A DNA stretch of 64,000 bases from Phoronis australis (taxonomy: Eukaryota; Animalia; Phoronida): positions 449,942-513,941 of the forward strand of contig NMRA01000177.1 in the NCBI GenBank assembly GCA_002633005.1, in the 5' to 3' direction. This document shows, piece by piece, positions 39,101 through 54,100 of this stretch. A program made the translations under genes and the position numbers. The notes below the pieces were generated by a model. It searched no databases. It had not been told where the DNA came from and saw nothing but the letters and a program-made list of their open reading frames with translations. The number at the start of each line of letters is the position of its first letter. Positions within the stretch are counted from its first letter, which is position 1.

Positions 39101-42100
39101 GAACTGTTGATGGAAAGCGCAAGGCTTAACTTGTTAAAGTGACTTGGACCAGTCATTCAGGAAGTCGTCCACTTAGTAGCTATATAGATTGGTGTGATAG
39201 GGGTAAGTACCTCTTGACTTCTCCTCGTGCTGGGAGGGAGAGTCCTGACAAATGACTGGTGCTTCTGTTTACTAAGGATGATTCACCACTCATGAGAAGG
39301 TCTATAGGTACAGGGTACTTTTCAAAAAAAATGGGCAACTTTGAAATTCAGCGAAGTTTTGACGTGCAAAACTTGCACTGAGTATCCATTTCTTTTCTTC
39401 TATGACCCGTTTTGATTCTGGGTCAAAATCTCTGCAAAATCTCGACAGCTGTTGCTCTGCAATTCTTATTTTGCACAAAGCAATTGCTAAAATTTTCATT
39501 TTTTCGTTTCTCAAATTCTGATTATATTGCTGACTATAAATTTCACCACAAATGCTGTTTTGTTGCTACAAAGGTGCGTCCTCCATTACTATCCTGGTAC
39601 TGCACTCAGTGGCGGATTTAAGGGGTGGGGGTCCCCAGATTTCATTTGATAGTTTGGGGATGCAAATGTTTGAGGGGCAAAATCCTGGCTAATACTCTGC
39701 CCTGGCTCCCCCAACTCAAAATCCTGGATTCGCCCCTGGCACTTTTGTTTGTTTGCATAAAGAAGAGAGCATAATTGATATTACAGTCTCACATGGTCTT
39801 TAATACATTACAATGAATCATGGTCAATTAGAGAGTCTAACCTAGCCATGAACCAATTACTGTTATCTGCTGCTAGTCTTAGGTGCATTGTATTCCACTG
39901 CCAAGTTATGAATCAACATTGAGAGACTTTTTAGCGGTGATCATCATGCAGTGTTTTTGTTTCATTAAGTCTGTGAATATTCAAATTAACTTTTGCTTAC
40001 AAATGACCCGAGGCCATCTGGTAAAATCAGCTGCGCAAATTATTTTCCATCAATGAGAATAAAAAATCCAGGAGCTGAGCCCGGATCAGTTGTTATGGAA
40101 ATACATTGTCTGTTTTGCTAACGACTTGACATTACATTTTTATTTGCTAAGTCTGATTATACTACTTGTCTTAATGCGTTGCAGTCAAGTGTATTCCCTC
40201 CCAAGTTTTTGTGATCATGGCCATCTGCTTATGTAATATCTCTGTAAAGTGTTCTCTGATACCATTTGCCATTGCAATGCTATTGGGAAGTGCTCCCCAA
40301 GTTGGTCTATGAAGGCTCCCCATTAGATTTCATTCTGTTGTCTTTAAAGCTTTATTGTGAAGTGGCCCCCAAGTTCTCATCTTACCATCTGCTTCTGTAG
40401 CGTACTGTAAAATTTTTTCCCATTTGTAACAGTTTAAATTTTTGCTCACCATTGGAGCTTGTGCCTAATTTTAGAATGGGACAATATCGGCCATCCCAAA
40501 TTTAAGAATTATAGTCATTAACAAATGATCATTCACCTCGAGGTAACATACCATGGCGATGCATGAAAATGTTGCGTCAGCGGCTATTTTTAACGATTTT
40601 TGTGAACTGCTTTCAAGTCCATTTTCAGACCTTGTTCGATATTTGTGAAATATGTTGAATACCAAACTAGCCCATGTCCCAACCTTAAGAATCAAGAAGA
40701 TTCAATTTTGGCTTATTTCCACTCTCTGAAAATTGAGAGACTATCACAAAATGAAGAATTTGTACCATGACTTCTGCATATCTTTCCCTCATGTACTTTT
40801 AATCATGCCACGTGTCTTATGTTTGTGAAGTGCCCCCAGGTTCTTTTGGTCACACCATCTGGTGTGCTATCTCTCTTTTTCTTGTCCTGCTCTTAATGTG
40901 AGATGCCTTTTGGTTCACATTGGGCTATCATGTCCACAGAAGGTTCCAACTAATAACTTCCACAGTGTATCTGTTGATTTCCAGTAGCTTCTTGCTGCAC
41001 ATGGTTTGCATAATGTCAATATGACAGAATGGTTTGTTGATATGTCTTGTATTTCTGTCAATCTGACATGGTTTGTTGATTTTGGCCAGTGTTTGTTCAG
41101 TATCATAGATAGCCTACAAATCCAGGCCCAGTTGGGATTCTGGTAAACAGGCAAATGGTTCGTTTCAGGGGAGTGTTATGGAGTACTTTTGGCAAACTTA
41201 AGTTCACCATTTAAAAACAACTTACTGCAGCAAATTGTTAAAACAGTCAACTTTGAAGAATAGACCCTGGAGTCTAAGCACTTGAGCATGAAGTGGGCCT
41301 GGGGAAGTATCACTCAGAGGCTATGTTGTTTTGTTTCTTTGTACCTCCTAACCATTCGTATTTGGAAATCGTAACAGTCACATATAGAGGTCTGGCATTT
41401 TGAAAATAGCAAGCACCAAACTGGTTCTCAAAATCCTGGAGCCCTGTATGTGACTGTTGCGTGGAAAACTTATTGCATTTGCTTTGGTAACACAGGGCGA
41501 TACTGGAACTCTGAAAATTCTTGGCTGTCCTCTATCTTGCCAAGCTTCGCCCCAGTGTTAGAATCCATTAGCTTTAATGGTTTGCCTGGAAGGTACATCA
41601 GCTGTGGCATTGAGATCCCCAGGTTCGGTCTTAACAACATGTAGTACCTACAGTAACATATCTTGTGTGTCAATACAGTTAGCATTTTGCACTGGGGTAT
41701 GGTGACAACTCAGGTGGAGGGAGTCTCCAGAAGTAAGGGTGTGTTTGTTTCAATAACTGATTCTGAAAATAACCTCACCCTTTCAAAGTGTACCCCTTCA
41801 AAACGTAGTCCTAGTAAAGTGAAAATCGTGGTTTAAAACATAAAGCTCATTTGACGAACCACAAAAACATTGTGAGAAACCCAGGTGCGTATTATGAAGA
41901 CCCAGGTACTAAGCGTGATTTTCCTGGAGCCATAGTCTAACATGAAATGATGTGTCTTGGGAGTCGAGTAATCTTAGGCCTTATTTTTGCTCACGGAAAT
42001 AGACGAGATTGATTGAAGTTTTCAAGACGATGTTTTGTCCTCTATTTGGATGCTTGGATTTCTTCAAGGATTAATCTCCTCTGTTTCTTTGGTGAAGAAA

Positions 42101-45100
42101 TACGTGATTTTTTAGTCTGTGATAGACTGTCCTGATATACTCCTAACAGACAGAGCACTTTTGGCATCCTGATAAAAAAAAATTCATTAAAAATGCCATC
42201 CTTATGGCCAAAAACATAACTTATATGCGTAACTCGTATAGCGTGCCTAGGCTTAAAAAATGACCTTTGCAAGTGAATTTTTGTTGAGACATATGTATCA
42301 AAGTCTCTGATGGTTCTCTCTCCCTGTGTTGACTTTGTACTTTCCTGGAACTGAGTGTTTAATAAAGTACAGATGTTTACTCCTGTCTTTGTTGCCTGTT
42401 ACATTGAAGGTTTTAGAATTAGTATTGCCTAAGGGCATTGATGTGCTTTTGACATTAAATCACATATAAGTAATTTATTTCAAAAGCATGGAAGTTCAGG
42501 CAATCTTGGGGTACTGTCACTTAGTAAAATTAGAGTGAAATTAGTGTCAGAGGCTTGTTCATGTATCTTAAACTAAAGGCTGTTTACACTCCAGATTGGT
42601 CTTGAATGTTCATATTTGTTGCAGGCTGTCTGAACAACACAGCTCTCACAATTATGAACAGGGCTCACAGACCTGTAAACTTCAAGTTTGTTGACTCTCT
42701 TTTAAGTTTTGTCTGCACTCAGAAAACGTGTGGATGAGCAGGTTTAGAGTTGCCTGGGCTGTGTTTGCGTGAGCCAATTTTTTTGTTGGTTGATGGTAGT
42801 CTTCGTGACCTGTGCATTTTGGATACATAGTCGTGTTTTGCGAGTGTAGACACGAGTGAGTGAGTACAAGTCCGTGAGCACTTTTCCTAAGTGATGGAAG
42901 TAATTGTTTGTGAGTGTGTTGCCAGTGTTGTTCTGGTAGCCTGTGTGATGTTGTTGTTAGGATTTTGTCAAATGGGGATCCAGCTTTGGTGAGCTCCTCT
43001 GGCGAAGATAAACATCTAGATATCAACTACATCATGCTACACTACAAAAATGTTATTGGACACTGTTGGACTCAAAGACTCTCGGCTGGGAATTCCAAGT
43101 GAAGCCTGAAGGTCAACTATGATTTCTGACATGATTTGTTTTGTAAACCATACCAGTCTAATGTGCAATTTTGTCTATTGAGAAATGTGGACTTAGAAAA
43201 GCATTTTGTGTTATTTTATTGAAATGGATTTGGAAGTGTGTGAATAGTTCCTTTATTGATAGTTGTGATTGGTAATTACATAACACTGTGTTGCTGATAC
43301 AAAACAAGTTGGCTTTAAGCCCTCAGAAGTCTCCCATCAAGTATAATATAATTTTAATGTTCCAAGTTTTATTGAAATGTGTTATGAATTAAAATGAATC
43401 ATTCATCCACTCGGTGTTTTATATTACATACTACAGTAAATTCTCATCCATTCAGGGCACAATATGGTGCACAAGTGACATTTTGTACTTTATTTCTAAT
43501 AAGAGATAGGTATGCATTATCATTTTCAAGTATTAAACCCAAGCTATCACCATGCAGGCAGTGTTTGAGATGTTGTGATCATTCACTGCAATGTCGGAAG
43601 TCGCTGAAAAATAAAGAATACCAATTTTGCAATTGTTTTTGTCCAAAATTGGCGAGGTTTTATCGTACCGTTGCTGGTGCTACTGTTGAACAATATGACT
43701 TGGGCCAAAAACTTAGTGTGTTGCATTTGGTCGGTATCCTGACTTAGTTTGAGACTTTAATGTGCTCACTGACTGAAAAAACACAAAACAGTGCACTGGC
43801 ACACTTCAACCAATGTCTTGTGGTTTTTGTTTAAAAGCTGCACTAAGGCACTTGAGCAAAGGTAAGCAGGTTTGGAATACCATAATTTGCTAAGCAATCA
43901 GTAGAAAAAGTGACAAATCCCACATTATTTTTGCTCGTCTGGAATGGATTTTCTTTTTTGAAAAAGTGAGCAACTCGGTTTTCAAAAAAACAAAGGCCAG
44001 AACCAACTATGCTTTATTGGCTTAAACTGGTATTTTCGTGGACGGCAGAGGAATCGAATGTCACATATCGTAGCCAAGAAACTTGTTCCTTTATCTATAG
44101 GTCTTCAATACATGTAGTAGCTTAGTAAAACATGGCTTCTTTTAATTGCATAATATTTGTGCAAGTCTCCACTGAAGGCTGTCGCCACACAAGTGTCTGC
44201 ACATTATACTGTCGTATTTGTATCAGGTACCCTAAAAACAAATTGACTTCACCATATTTGATGTTTTGTGCGAACTTGTTTGTTTTCGTTGAGTTATTAT
44301 TTGCATCATTGCGCAACTGGTCCATGCAGTAAGCCGGATGTTTGGATTTGACTTGTATGGTACTGACTATACCTGTGATATCCTAAGTTTCAAACCTTGG
44401 GTAACGGGTACAACAATACCCAACCCCTAGGTCACGTAAGTGGCGGAAGTGGTAATTACCTCGGGGAATCAGAGCGACTCCTGATGATAAAGGGCGCAGT
44501 GCGTTGGGTGGCACACCTAGGTGTACTCTACTATAGTTTTGAGGGGTGTACCCATCCTTGCAGACAGTCCCTTAGAAACAATGCCACCCTTTTAGAGATG
44601 AGCTCTATTAATGGGTACACATTTGTCGGTACCTTCTATAAATAAGGTGACTTTCATAGCATTTTCGCATCACGCAACTTTTTTATAATTGTTTTAAACC
44701 CTTCAAAATTCTCATTTATTAAGTTGAATTAAAATTGAACTAACAGTAATTTGGAATGTTGTCTGTTTATCACAATAAGGCTTAATTAAATTGATTGGTG
44801 ACTAAAATTCCTATTTCTTGGCAGCTTCTACAAATAGAGTGACATATCTTTTTGTGCTTTAAGACTTAACAATAAAATGGATAGATGTTAAATTAAATAA
44901 AAATTGAACGTACAACCATTTTTGTCTGTCTCCACAAAAAGCCTAAGTTAGACTGCTCTGTTACATAAGTTGACCCATTTGTAGAGTTCCTAGCTTGTAA
45001 AGGGACCAACTTCATGGGGAATCCTGTCACAAAAGCTTGAGTAACACATTCTGTGGCAGTAACCTCAGGCAGGCTGTCATTTAACAAATGCTTGATTTAG

Positions 45101-48100
45101 GAACCATCTTCACTCCTACCAAGCATGTCATGTCCAAGATGACATTCCTCAAGTGGTGGTGTTTTTGACTGACCCCTGTCAATCACCATCAACAAGTGTT
45201 GCTTGACAATGGTGATTTTATCCACTTTTTTCCCAGATTTGCAGGATGGTTTGTAGGCTTGGTGCTGGTCACTTCAATGCTGACCAGAACCCAGAAGCTG
45301 GGTATCACCAATTAGAAGCAGGCTTGGCCAATAGTAGTCATATCCAGAATTCGACTCTTTTGGGAGAAGGTAGAAAACTAATGTTGTTTTGCTGATAATC
45401 ATTTCTGATTTGAGACAAACGAGATAAGAATGATGCATAATGACCATGGTCATCAATTTTTTCCAGTGTGAGTAACTGAGCAAGCACATATCTAGTAATT
45501 ACTTCCTTGTCTACAGGTTTACATCCACAACGAGGTGTGCTCAGGGGCGAGTTACCTTAGAATAAGCTATCCTAGAACATTAGTTACCCTACCTTGATAG
45601 TGTGTGTCAGATTGTCTAGTGCAAGCAGTGTCCTCAGGCATCTACTAAGTGACAGCTCGTTCCATGAGTAACTTGTTCTAGGGCAACTAGTAATGTATAG
45701 GGCACTATAGTTTCAACTGTAAATAAATGTTCTATCGCTTAAAAATAATTATGTGTGCTACTGGTCTCGCCCATACCATTGTTACTACACTATACGCCAA
45801 ACATGTTCAGACAAAATGAAACGGATTTCCCTATGGATGGAAGCTGAATTCACCGTCATAGCAGTCTAGAATCCCTTGTGACTCGTAGAATGGAAGGGGT
45901 CAATGAGAAAGTTAGTTAGGTGGCCAAGCCATTTTGCAGTTAGAGTTTTCCTCCGTATCAGTTCTTTCCAACAATTTCTGCTCTTGACAAAATTAGCCGT
46001 CCTGACAGGGAAACAGCAGGTAGTCTGATTACGTTTGTCATGTGCTGTATGTGAATATGGTAACATAGGGTACTCAGTGTTCGTTTCAATTTTATTTCAT
46101 CTGTATGCTAGGGTGGGCAGTGGTCATTTTTGACCAGCAAGTTCTTGCCCATGACTTACCGCCATATCAATTACTTTAATTGGTGGTAGTGAAGAGTGCA
46201 TGGCAGACTGGCCAAATATGTTTGTCTTGTGCTTTCTCAGAAGGAATAGGTTTCAAACTCTGGGTCGTTGCCCTCTGAGAATGCCTTGGTGTTTGTTTGA
46301 CTTCATGGAAATGACATGATTTTGCCTGTTACGTTATGTTTAGATAGATTAATCCGTTATTGACGTCTACCTGACAATACTTGCTTTCTCGGTGGTAGAA
46401 TTTCATACTTGGCTGCAACTATATTTGTTGAGTTGCTGTCATTTTAGTTGCGCAAAATCGGTGCCAGTGTTGCTTGTTGAATTTCTTAGGCCTGTCATTC
46501 ATTTAAATATGCGGAAATAAGATTTTGGCTTTGAGAGTACCTGTCATGACAAGGATTCAAAATGATTTCGCTGGCACATTTAGAGAATAGTCAAAGTCCC
46601 TGATGGTAATTACCTTTCCCCAGCATAGTTTTTGTATGCTTTTGATCCCTTAGACTTTAGAAGAACGTTGAACATTGGCTTTCTGGAGTAATGGTAAGGA
46701 ATAGTCATTTACAGGTGTCGTGCATTTTGAGAACCAGTTTTCTCCACCGAATAATGGACATCAAACTGGTTCTCAAAATCCAGCAGCTACTGTTTACGCT
46801 CACGCCTCAAGGCTCTGTCTGATAACTTGTCAAATTCCAGCATGACACAACTGTAAACATCCACAGTCACCATTGGCTAATGATGCCATCCTCTGGTGTT
46901 CTTGCTGGCATTAGATGGTGGTATGACGTCATGGTGGGCCACCAACAGCTGTACGTAATGGCGTCATTAGGGACTGTCAAAACACCTTCCTTCATGAATA
47001 AGGAGTTCCATGTATTGACTGTCCTTGTTATTTTAACCAAGACATTTGAAAACAATGGTGAAGGTTTCTTTTACCAAAATGTGCCCTTGATGCTCCCTGT
47101 ATATCCCGACTAATTTCTTTTTTCTCAAAAACCCAGTTTTTTTACCCTTGAGGTTTGTTTCTGTAAATCACTTTCTGTTTTATTCACTCATCTCTAGTTA
47201 TTAAATGGCCAGTAAATGCGGGACATCTGTTAAAAAAACGCCTGATTTCGGCCATGTTCCGTTATAAAATCAGCCTGGTCTTGTTCATGACTCAAATTTG
47301 AAATGATTTCTAAGCTTGAGAAGAACTGAATGATGGTTTTATCTTTAGACCAGGCCCATAAGTTACTTGCCACGCTAGTTACTTTGAGTTCTCATTTCTC
47401 AACATAATCTGGCCGTCATGGGAAGTCCAGGCGGCTTGCAGCCTCTTGTAGCCAATTTCAATTCCGACAAAGGATTAGACTGCGATAGCATTGTTTTGAA
47501 AGAGCTGATTTTAGAAGCCAGGATATTGTTCATTGCGGCTTTAAAATTTGAACAAAATTTTGTAACAGTGGCGCAGTGTAACAGTTGACAGGTGCAACAT
47601 CATAGTATGTGTGCCCATCAGGCACAGACAATTGTTGAAACTCTGTCCTCTTTATTCTTGTAACCTAAAACAAGATACCGATCTCTGCATAATTTACCAG
47701 AAAGCTGCAGTTTTTAATCCTTTGGCTCACAAACGCATGGTTTCTCAAATCTGATCATTGCGTAGATGTGTTAAAAAATAATTTTAACCATTTCTTTACT
47801 TACGAGTTGAAGATCGGTATGGCTGCAAGCTAGATATGTGACTAGTGGGCAGAAACTTTACTTGAAACTTAAAGGGGCGGGTCATTGCTTTGCGTTTTTT
47901 TAAATCTTGCATTCTGTGGAATGCCTGTCTAGTAATTTTATTGATGTTTTTCCTAATTGTTACTGATGTTGTTATGTCGAATTACAACATTGGTACCAAG
48001 AGAGGTCTGGTGGTAATCTAGAGTTACACCATATTGAACAGGGCTGTGGTTCATTAAACCTGGTAATAGGCCTGATCTTAATCTCATCAGATCTGTTATC

Positions 48101-51100
48101 ATTCCCAGTTGTTTAAATGTTTTCACTGTCTGGGGTTTGGTATGTGATGCCACTTGTTGTCCTGTTGTAGCAGATTGGAGAAATTTTACATGCAAAGCCC
48201 TGTCATAGATTTGATCTGCCTGATTATCAATTCGTGGGTGGTGCAGCACTGAAAAATGTGGGGTTATAGCCCCCCAGCCCCCCTGTGGTGTACCATCCAT
48301 AGACCATGGGCAGCGCAGCACTGAGAAAAGCAGGGCTACAGCCCCCCAGCCCCCTATGGTGTGCCATCTACGCAATTGCCCCCAAACCAGATGACAGTTC
48401 TGCCTTCTCTCTGACAGATCTGCCTTCTCTCCCTGACTGATCTGCCTTATCTTTGGCAAAGCTGCCTTCTCTTTGTGGGAAGGCTGCATTCCAATGACGC
48501 AACTCGTGGTTAGGGTTTTTGTTCATGGTGATTGAATATTAATTATTTTGCTCCTGAGGCTGGTAGGTTGCCTTTGTGAATGCTCATCTTAATTGGCAGA
48601 TCTACCCTCAAGTCTGCCTTCTCATAAAAATTCCACATCTGACATGGTATTAGTCTGGAAATGGTGTTGCAATCTTGTAGGATGAAAAAGTGTGGTTAGG
48701 TACCAGCTGTCAAAAAGTAATTACTGCTAGAAACAACAGTGTTTGCAGGTCTGATTCACTCTGGATTCAGACATTTGGTTTGTTGCTCATTAACACAATG
48801 ATAAACAAAGTTCTCAATCTGCCAGTGTGTCCTTTGAAGTAAGTTTTCTTGATGCAAAGGTGGTAACGAAAATGGCTTGCAGCAGTTTTGTGTTCACTGG
48901 AACAATGAGTAGACTCCAGCAAAAGTAACACTTATCACCCGTTCACATGACTGACTTCTGGTAGAGTTTTAACCAGTTTGTGAACAGTTGGCAAAAACAC
49001 TAGTGATTTTCAGTGGCGAAAACCTAGTTCCAGCAAAAGTGACCCTTCAACCATTATGTATAACGGATGATTCCACAGTCTTTGGCCCCTTCTTTACACA
49101 GTTCAGTTCCACTAAACTCCACCAGGAGGTAGACTATCATATCTTCACCATAAGGATACAAAAGCTGTATAGTGTACTATTCCAACAAATTGAATAAATA
49201 CTAGATACAGTCAATCGTAACTATATTTTTCCAGGTAACTGAGGGGACAAATACTGTGAAATCATCCACACTGATGGGCCCCCCTTATCATGCTGGGTAC
49301 AAGGTGGTTACAGGTTTTAACTGTCTGTGAGGGTTGGGTTGCTAGATTATAGTCACGTAATGACTTTTCCCCCCTGAGCATGCTCCAGCCAGCATGTAAC
49401 CTGGGTATAAGGTGGTTACATGTTTTAACTGTCTGTGAGGGTTGGGTTGCTAGATTATAGTCATGTAATGACTACCTTACTTGTTTAGTCTGTACTGACT
49501 CCTACCATACAGACTGCCTTCTGGTCATGCCCTGGCAAACATGTCTAGCACACAACATCATATAAATGTACATGTATTTTTTTTCGGAAATATTTCATCC
49601 CGAATGCACTTTGTGCAAAACAATTCAGGGTTCGCCGTTCGAAACATGTCATTTTCTGTCTCTGTAGAATTCATAACTTGAGAAACAATTTTTGTGTAGT
49701 TTCTCTTGATTCTCAGCTTGATGTTTTTTAAAAGTCCCCATAGTTTAGTCTGGAGCCACCATACTATATTGCATGTTTAGTTTGTACTGGCCAACTGCTG
49801 TTTAATCCAATTAGCAGAACACAGGTTGTTCTGGAACTGCTGTTGTTACAATATGAATGAATGGATAGATCCTGCAATTTACGTGGCATTATGGAACTCC
49901 TGATTGAAACTGTAAAAGGGTACCTAATTAATTTTATTTTTAGTCGGACCATCATCAAGTAATGACAGTTATTAGTCAAATACTCAACCAGCTTCTCAAA
50001 ACTTTTGCTGGCTAAAATTGTCATGGCAAATTGCTTTTACTGTGATTGGTCACTCTGAAACCATGTGATTCTATTGAGTTACTGTTAATATGGTACTTGT
50101 CTACAGTTGATGCCCATGTTCCTCTTATGTCCATTCTCATACTTTCCAAGTTCACTTCTAAATACTAATGCTAGATGTTTAGTGTCCACCCACCCCTGTT
50201 TTATACTACAAGTATCAAGACGTGTGGAGTCGGTGTTTTTGTGAACGCCCAACTCAAAAATTCCCTTGAGTGATGAACAGTCCAGTTTCAGCCACACCTT
50301 CCTGTATTCAGGTGGGAAAATACCCAGTTTTTACTGAAGGAGACGTGAAATGGTTCATTTGGCTTGTTCACATTTTAACAAGATTGTCGTACTTGTGTGC
50401 AAGAAATGGTGAAGGCATATATTTGCATTTGCGAATCTATTTTTTGGGTAAATGCACCTCCTCATCGTCTTAAAAATTTTTATTCATAAGCATCCAAGCT
50501 CGGCTTAATGCACACCCACTGATTTTTGAGTTTTGCAATTTAAGTGCCCTGGACATTAGCATTGATGAGTATGTTATAACATTCTTGCTATTGTAGCTCT
50601 GAATAAATGTATTGTTTCAACCCGAATCTCTTACTCCGACACATGACTAAAGTGGTGCCACATAGTTATTTTGAGAGAAAAGGTATAATGTAGCTGATTC
50701 ACTGTGTCAATTTCCACATAGTTTGCCCTTCTGATCACTGGCACATGTCTATAATTGTTTCTCAGTCTACAATTTCCTCTCCAGTCACACGCTGGTGACC
50801 GCAAAAACTGGGCTAAAAACAAGTGTGCTTGGACCACAAACACCTAAAAGGAAAAGCAAAAAGTTGGTGTCAGTCCAGCCTTTCTCCGAATTCACCTTTA
50901 CTAACAACGCCTGTTGTTGTATATGTTTTAGGAAAAATAGTCCCAAAACAATTTGTCCAGACTGTTTTGTTGTGTCTATTATTGGCCTTGCTAAGTACAT
51001 GTGCACTTTTAGATGGGGACAGTAGGGCAAATTGAAGAAGTCGAGCAATGTTGCTCAGGCAAAACTCACTTGACCACTTGCAGAGAAACTGGTTGCAGTT

Positions 51101-54100
51101 TTGACCTTCTAAATATGAAATTTGAAAGATGCAGGGATGAGTTGTGAGATGAATGAGGGTATTAGATCCTGAATTGATAGTAATTATGTTTGTATTGCAC
51201 TGTAGGCCCTAGATGGGTGAAGGGTACATAGACGTGATTTGCGTACCGGGAATTTCCGAAAGAGCCCCCTGGATGCTCTTTCAAAACTTTTAATGTATGT
51301 AAGTGACTAAAAGTCCTAAAAGAGCCCCTAGGGGTCTTTTGGAGCAGTTTTGTAAAGTGTCTGCTGTCTGCAATGACATCAGTCAATCATATAATGGGTT
51401 TAGCAGAACGTTTCACTTTTTGGCTAAAATGAGAGAATCTAACAACTTGAAATATTTATCAAATGAATCCTTTTAAGGATGTACAGGACTTTATCGACAT
51501 GTCTTTATTTTTTAGCCATCTGCAAAATTATAGATTTTAGCTCTGTAATAGTGTCTAATTTCTGACAGCAGAAACAACTTTAAAGTTAAAAAATCAAGAA
51601 TGTATGGCATCTTGCCCACATTTTCTATATGAGTAGTGGTCGAACTTAAATTTTAAATTCTGACTTGATGCACTAAAATTAAGATGCTCAAGTTAACTTT
51701 TTGCATGACTTTGTTTAAAATACACTTCTCACAATTAGTGGCATGTTTTAAAGTCTAGGCACATAATTGACTGGCAAGGAGCATTTTGCCCCTTGGGAGC
51801 TTTTTTAAACTTTTTGTCTACTAAAAATGGGGAATTTTCTTTGTAGCAGCTCATTCAGAAATCCCTGGTTATGTGTACATTTGTTGGCATCTGGATTAGC
51901 AAAGAATTTGCGATTGCGAATTGTTTTCACACTGTTCTGTACATTTTCACTGGTTTTGCAAAAGGTCAGACAATGACATCAGTGCTGGCTGTTAGTCTCG
52001 TTCTCCAGTTAATATCATGAGCATTTGTATAATTATTTAGAAAAATGAAACAAGCGGAATACATGGTGGGGTCTGATCTGTTAATAATTAGTGATAAAAA
52101 AGTGGTTTCGGTATGCGAAAACCCTGTGTTCCTATCTATGTTGTATTGGGAGCGTCTAATTATAGGGCTGGTTTCAAAGTGACACCCTGCTATCTCCAGG
52201 GTAATTACCTAGTCCTTTGTGTCCACACACCTGCTGAGATACTTTAATAAAATGATTGGGATTTTTAACCACAATAACCTCACCCCATGTAATCATGTTA
52301 CCCAAAACAGTAGCTGTCAGGTCACCCTGTTTGAAACCTTTGTCTATGTTTGTTCCGTGTCATTAAAAATATGCCCCAGGTCTCCTTGTATGTTTTGCTC
52401 ACTTGCTGGGGTGTTGGAGATATAGTCAGCTTGTGGATGTACCCGTAATTATATTCGTGAATGGATTGCTTGAGCCATGTTGTTAAGGATTTTGGGTGAT
52501 TGTCACAAGAGTCCTGCATTTCAAGAACCAGTTTTTTTCCACTGAGTGACAAGCATCAAACTCAAAATCCAGGAAAAGTGCAAATGACTTTTACCTCATT
52601 TTACATTTGCATCAAGACGTGTTGGCCGTCTTTCCACTGTGTTTCTGACTTTTGCATGCCTCAAATTTGAGTTATTCAAAAGGCTAAGAACGAATGCTGT
52701 TCATTTTGAGGTATTTCTGATCAACTGTGTTCCATGGTATTGTGTAGGCTCACAGACATAAGTAAATACATATCTAACTCCTGCAAAAATTACTTGGTGT
52801 GTAAAACATGCATAAGACATAATGCGCCTTAGATGGGTGAAATTTTGCATATTACTGATTGCCACTCTATTGTCTTAAAACACTCATGTTTGAATAAAGC
52901 ATTATAATTCAAAATTTGCCAGATAACATTATATATTTCTATTCTATATTTCAGAACGGTGTGTTGATGACAAAAAATGGACACTATTTCATAGAGCCTG
53001 TAAAGGGTCACAGTGTGGCTGAAGACCAGCAGCAGCCCCATCTAGTGTACAAACACGAACATCTCCCTGACCAGCACCATCACCAACATGACAAAGAAGA
53101 GGAGGGGGATAACTTCTGTGGATCTGATGGTAATAATATAAGTCATATTGACACTTTCTGGTGCTTCAATTTTCCCCCTCATTAACCAGGCTATGAATCT
53201 TCACGTTTGCCTTCTCAATTTGTTAAACATTCAATAGTGGAAGCCATAGATCACATGTGACTATGGCAGGGGAGTTTTTTCCGGTACTCATAGTATAAGA
53301 CAAAAGTAATCAGACAAAATATCATAGGCCTGTCATGAAGGCTAGTTATGTTAACAGCAAAAATTATTTAGGTAATAACAACCAGAGTGGCAAAATTCTA
53401 ATTATAGAATGACTTTGCCACCTTACGAACTTTCTTGTTAAATGCCCTTCGTTCTCAGTCATCAGGGGAGACAACTCCGATGGTGAATTCGGTTTCCATC
53501 CCACAGTCATGACAGGGAATTGTGGGTCATTCTGTCTGAATACTTTTGGCTTGTACTGTATGTGCCGTCAATATGGGTCATATTGTTATTTTAGTTCTGA
53601 TACTGTATTTTATGATGAAAAAATAAGGTATTGTTGTGAATCTGATATTACAATTGAGATAATTTAATAGTTAAAATGGGTGCATATTTTAGCAAACTTG
53701 AAATTGTTATGAATACGCTTTTCCATCACTTTCTTGGCCTGTGGTGTCACACTTCTCCTTTTAATGTCTGTGAGAACATCCTTCACCTGCAACTAAAGTC
53801 ACTATTACCATCCTAGTCTGTATACACCTTGCATACGCATTTTAGTAGATTAGGAACAGATGATTGGAGTTAAACTTTTTTGCCCAAATAGGACACGCCC
53901 AGTGAATCATCAAACAGTTGTTGCCTCATTGGTAAGAAATTATCTTGAAATATACTTGCCAACAAGTAGGTTGCACAATTTCTGTTCGGTTAAAGATGTA
54001 GGAAGGTTGAATGTTAAACGAACGGACAACCGCTGGTTATCTGTACATTATCTCTGCTTGTCCTTCTAAACATTTGCTCTGGACTTGAAAAACATGCTCC

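Noticed and set aside
47953-48489. 178-aa minus-strand ORF as a nested gene
   Set aside because: Built largely from tandem repeats; no recognisable domain or splice support.
15694-52954. Missing coding exon or autonomous transposase/RT gene within intron 2
   Set aside because: Exon 2 (CNGL) joins exon 3 (NGVL...YFIEP) with no gap in the prodomain, and no intronic ORF shows transposase or reverse transcriptase motifs.
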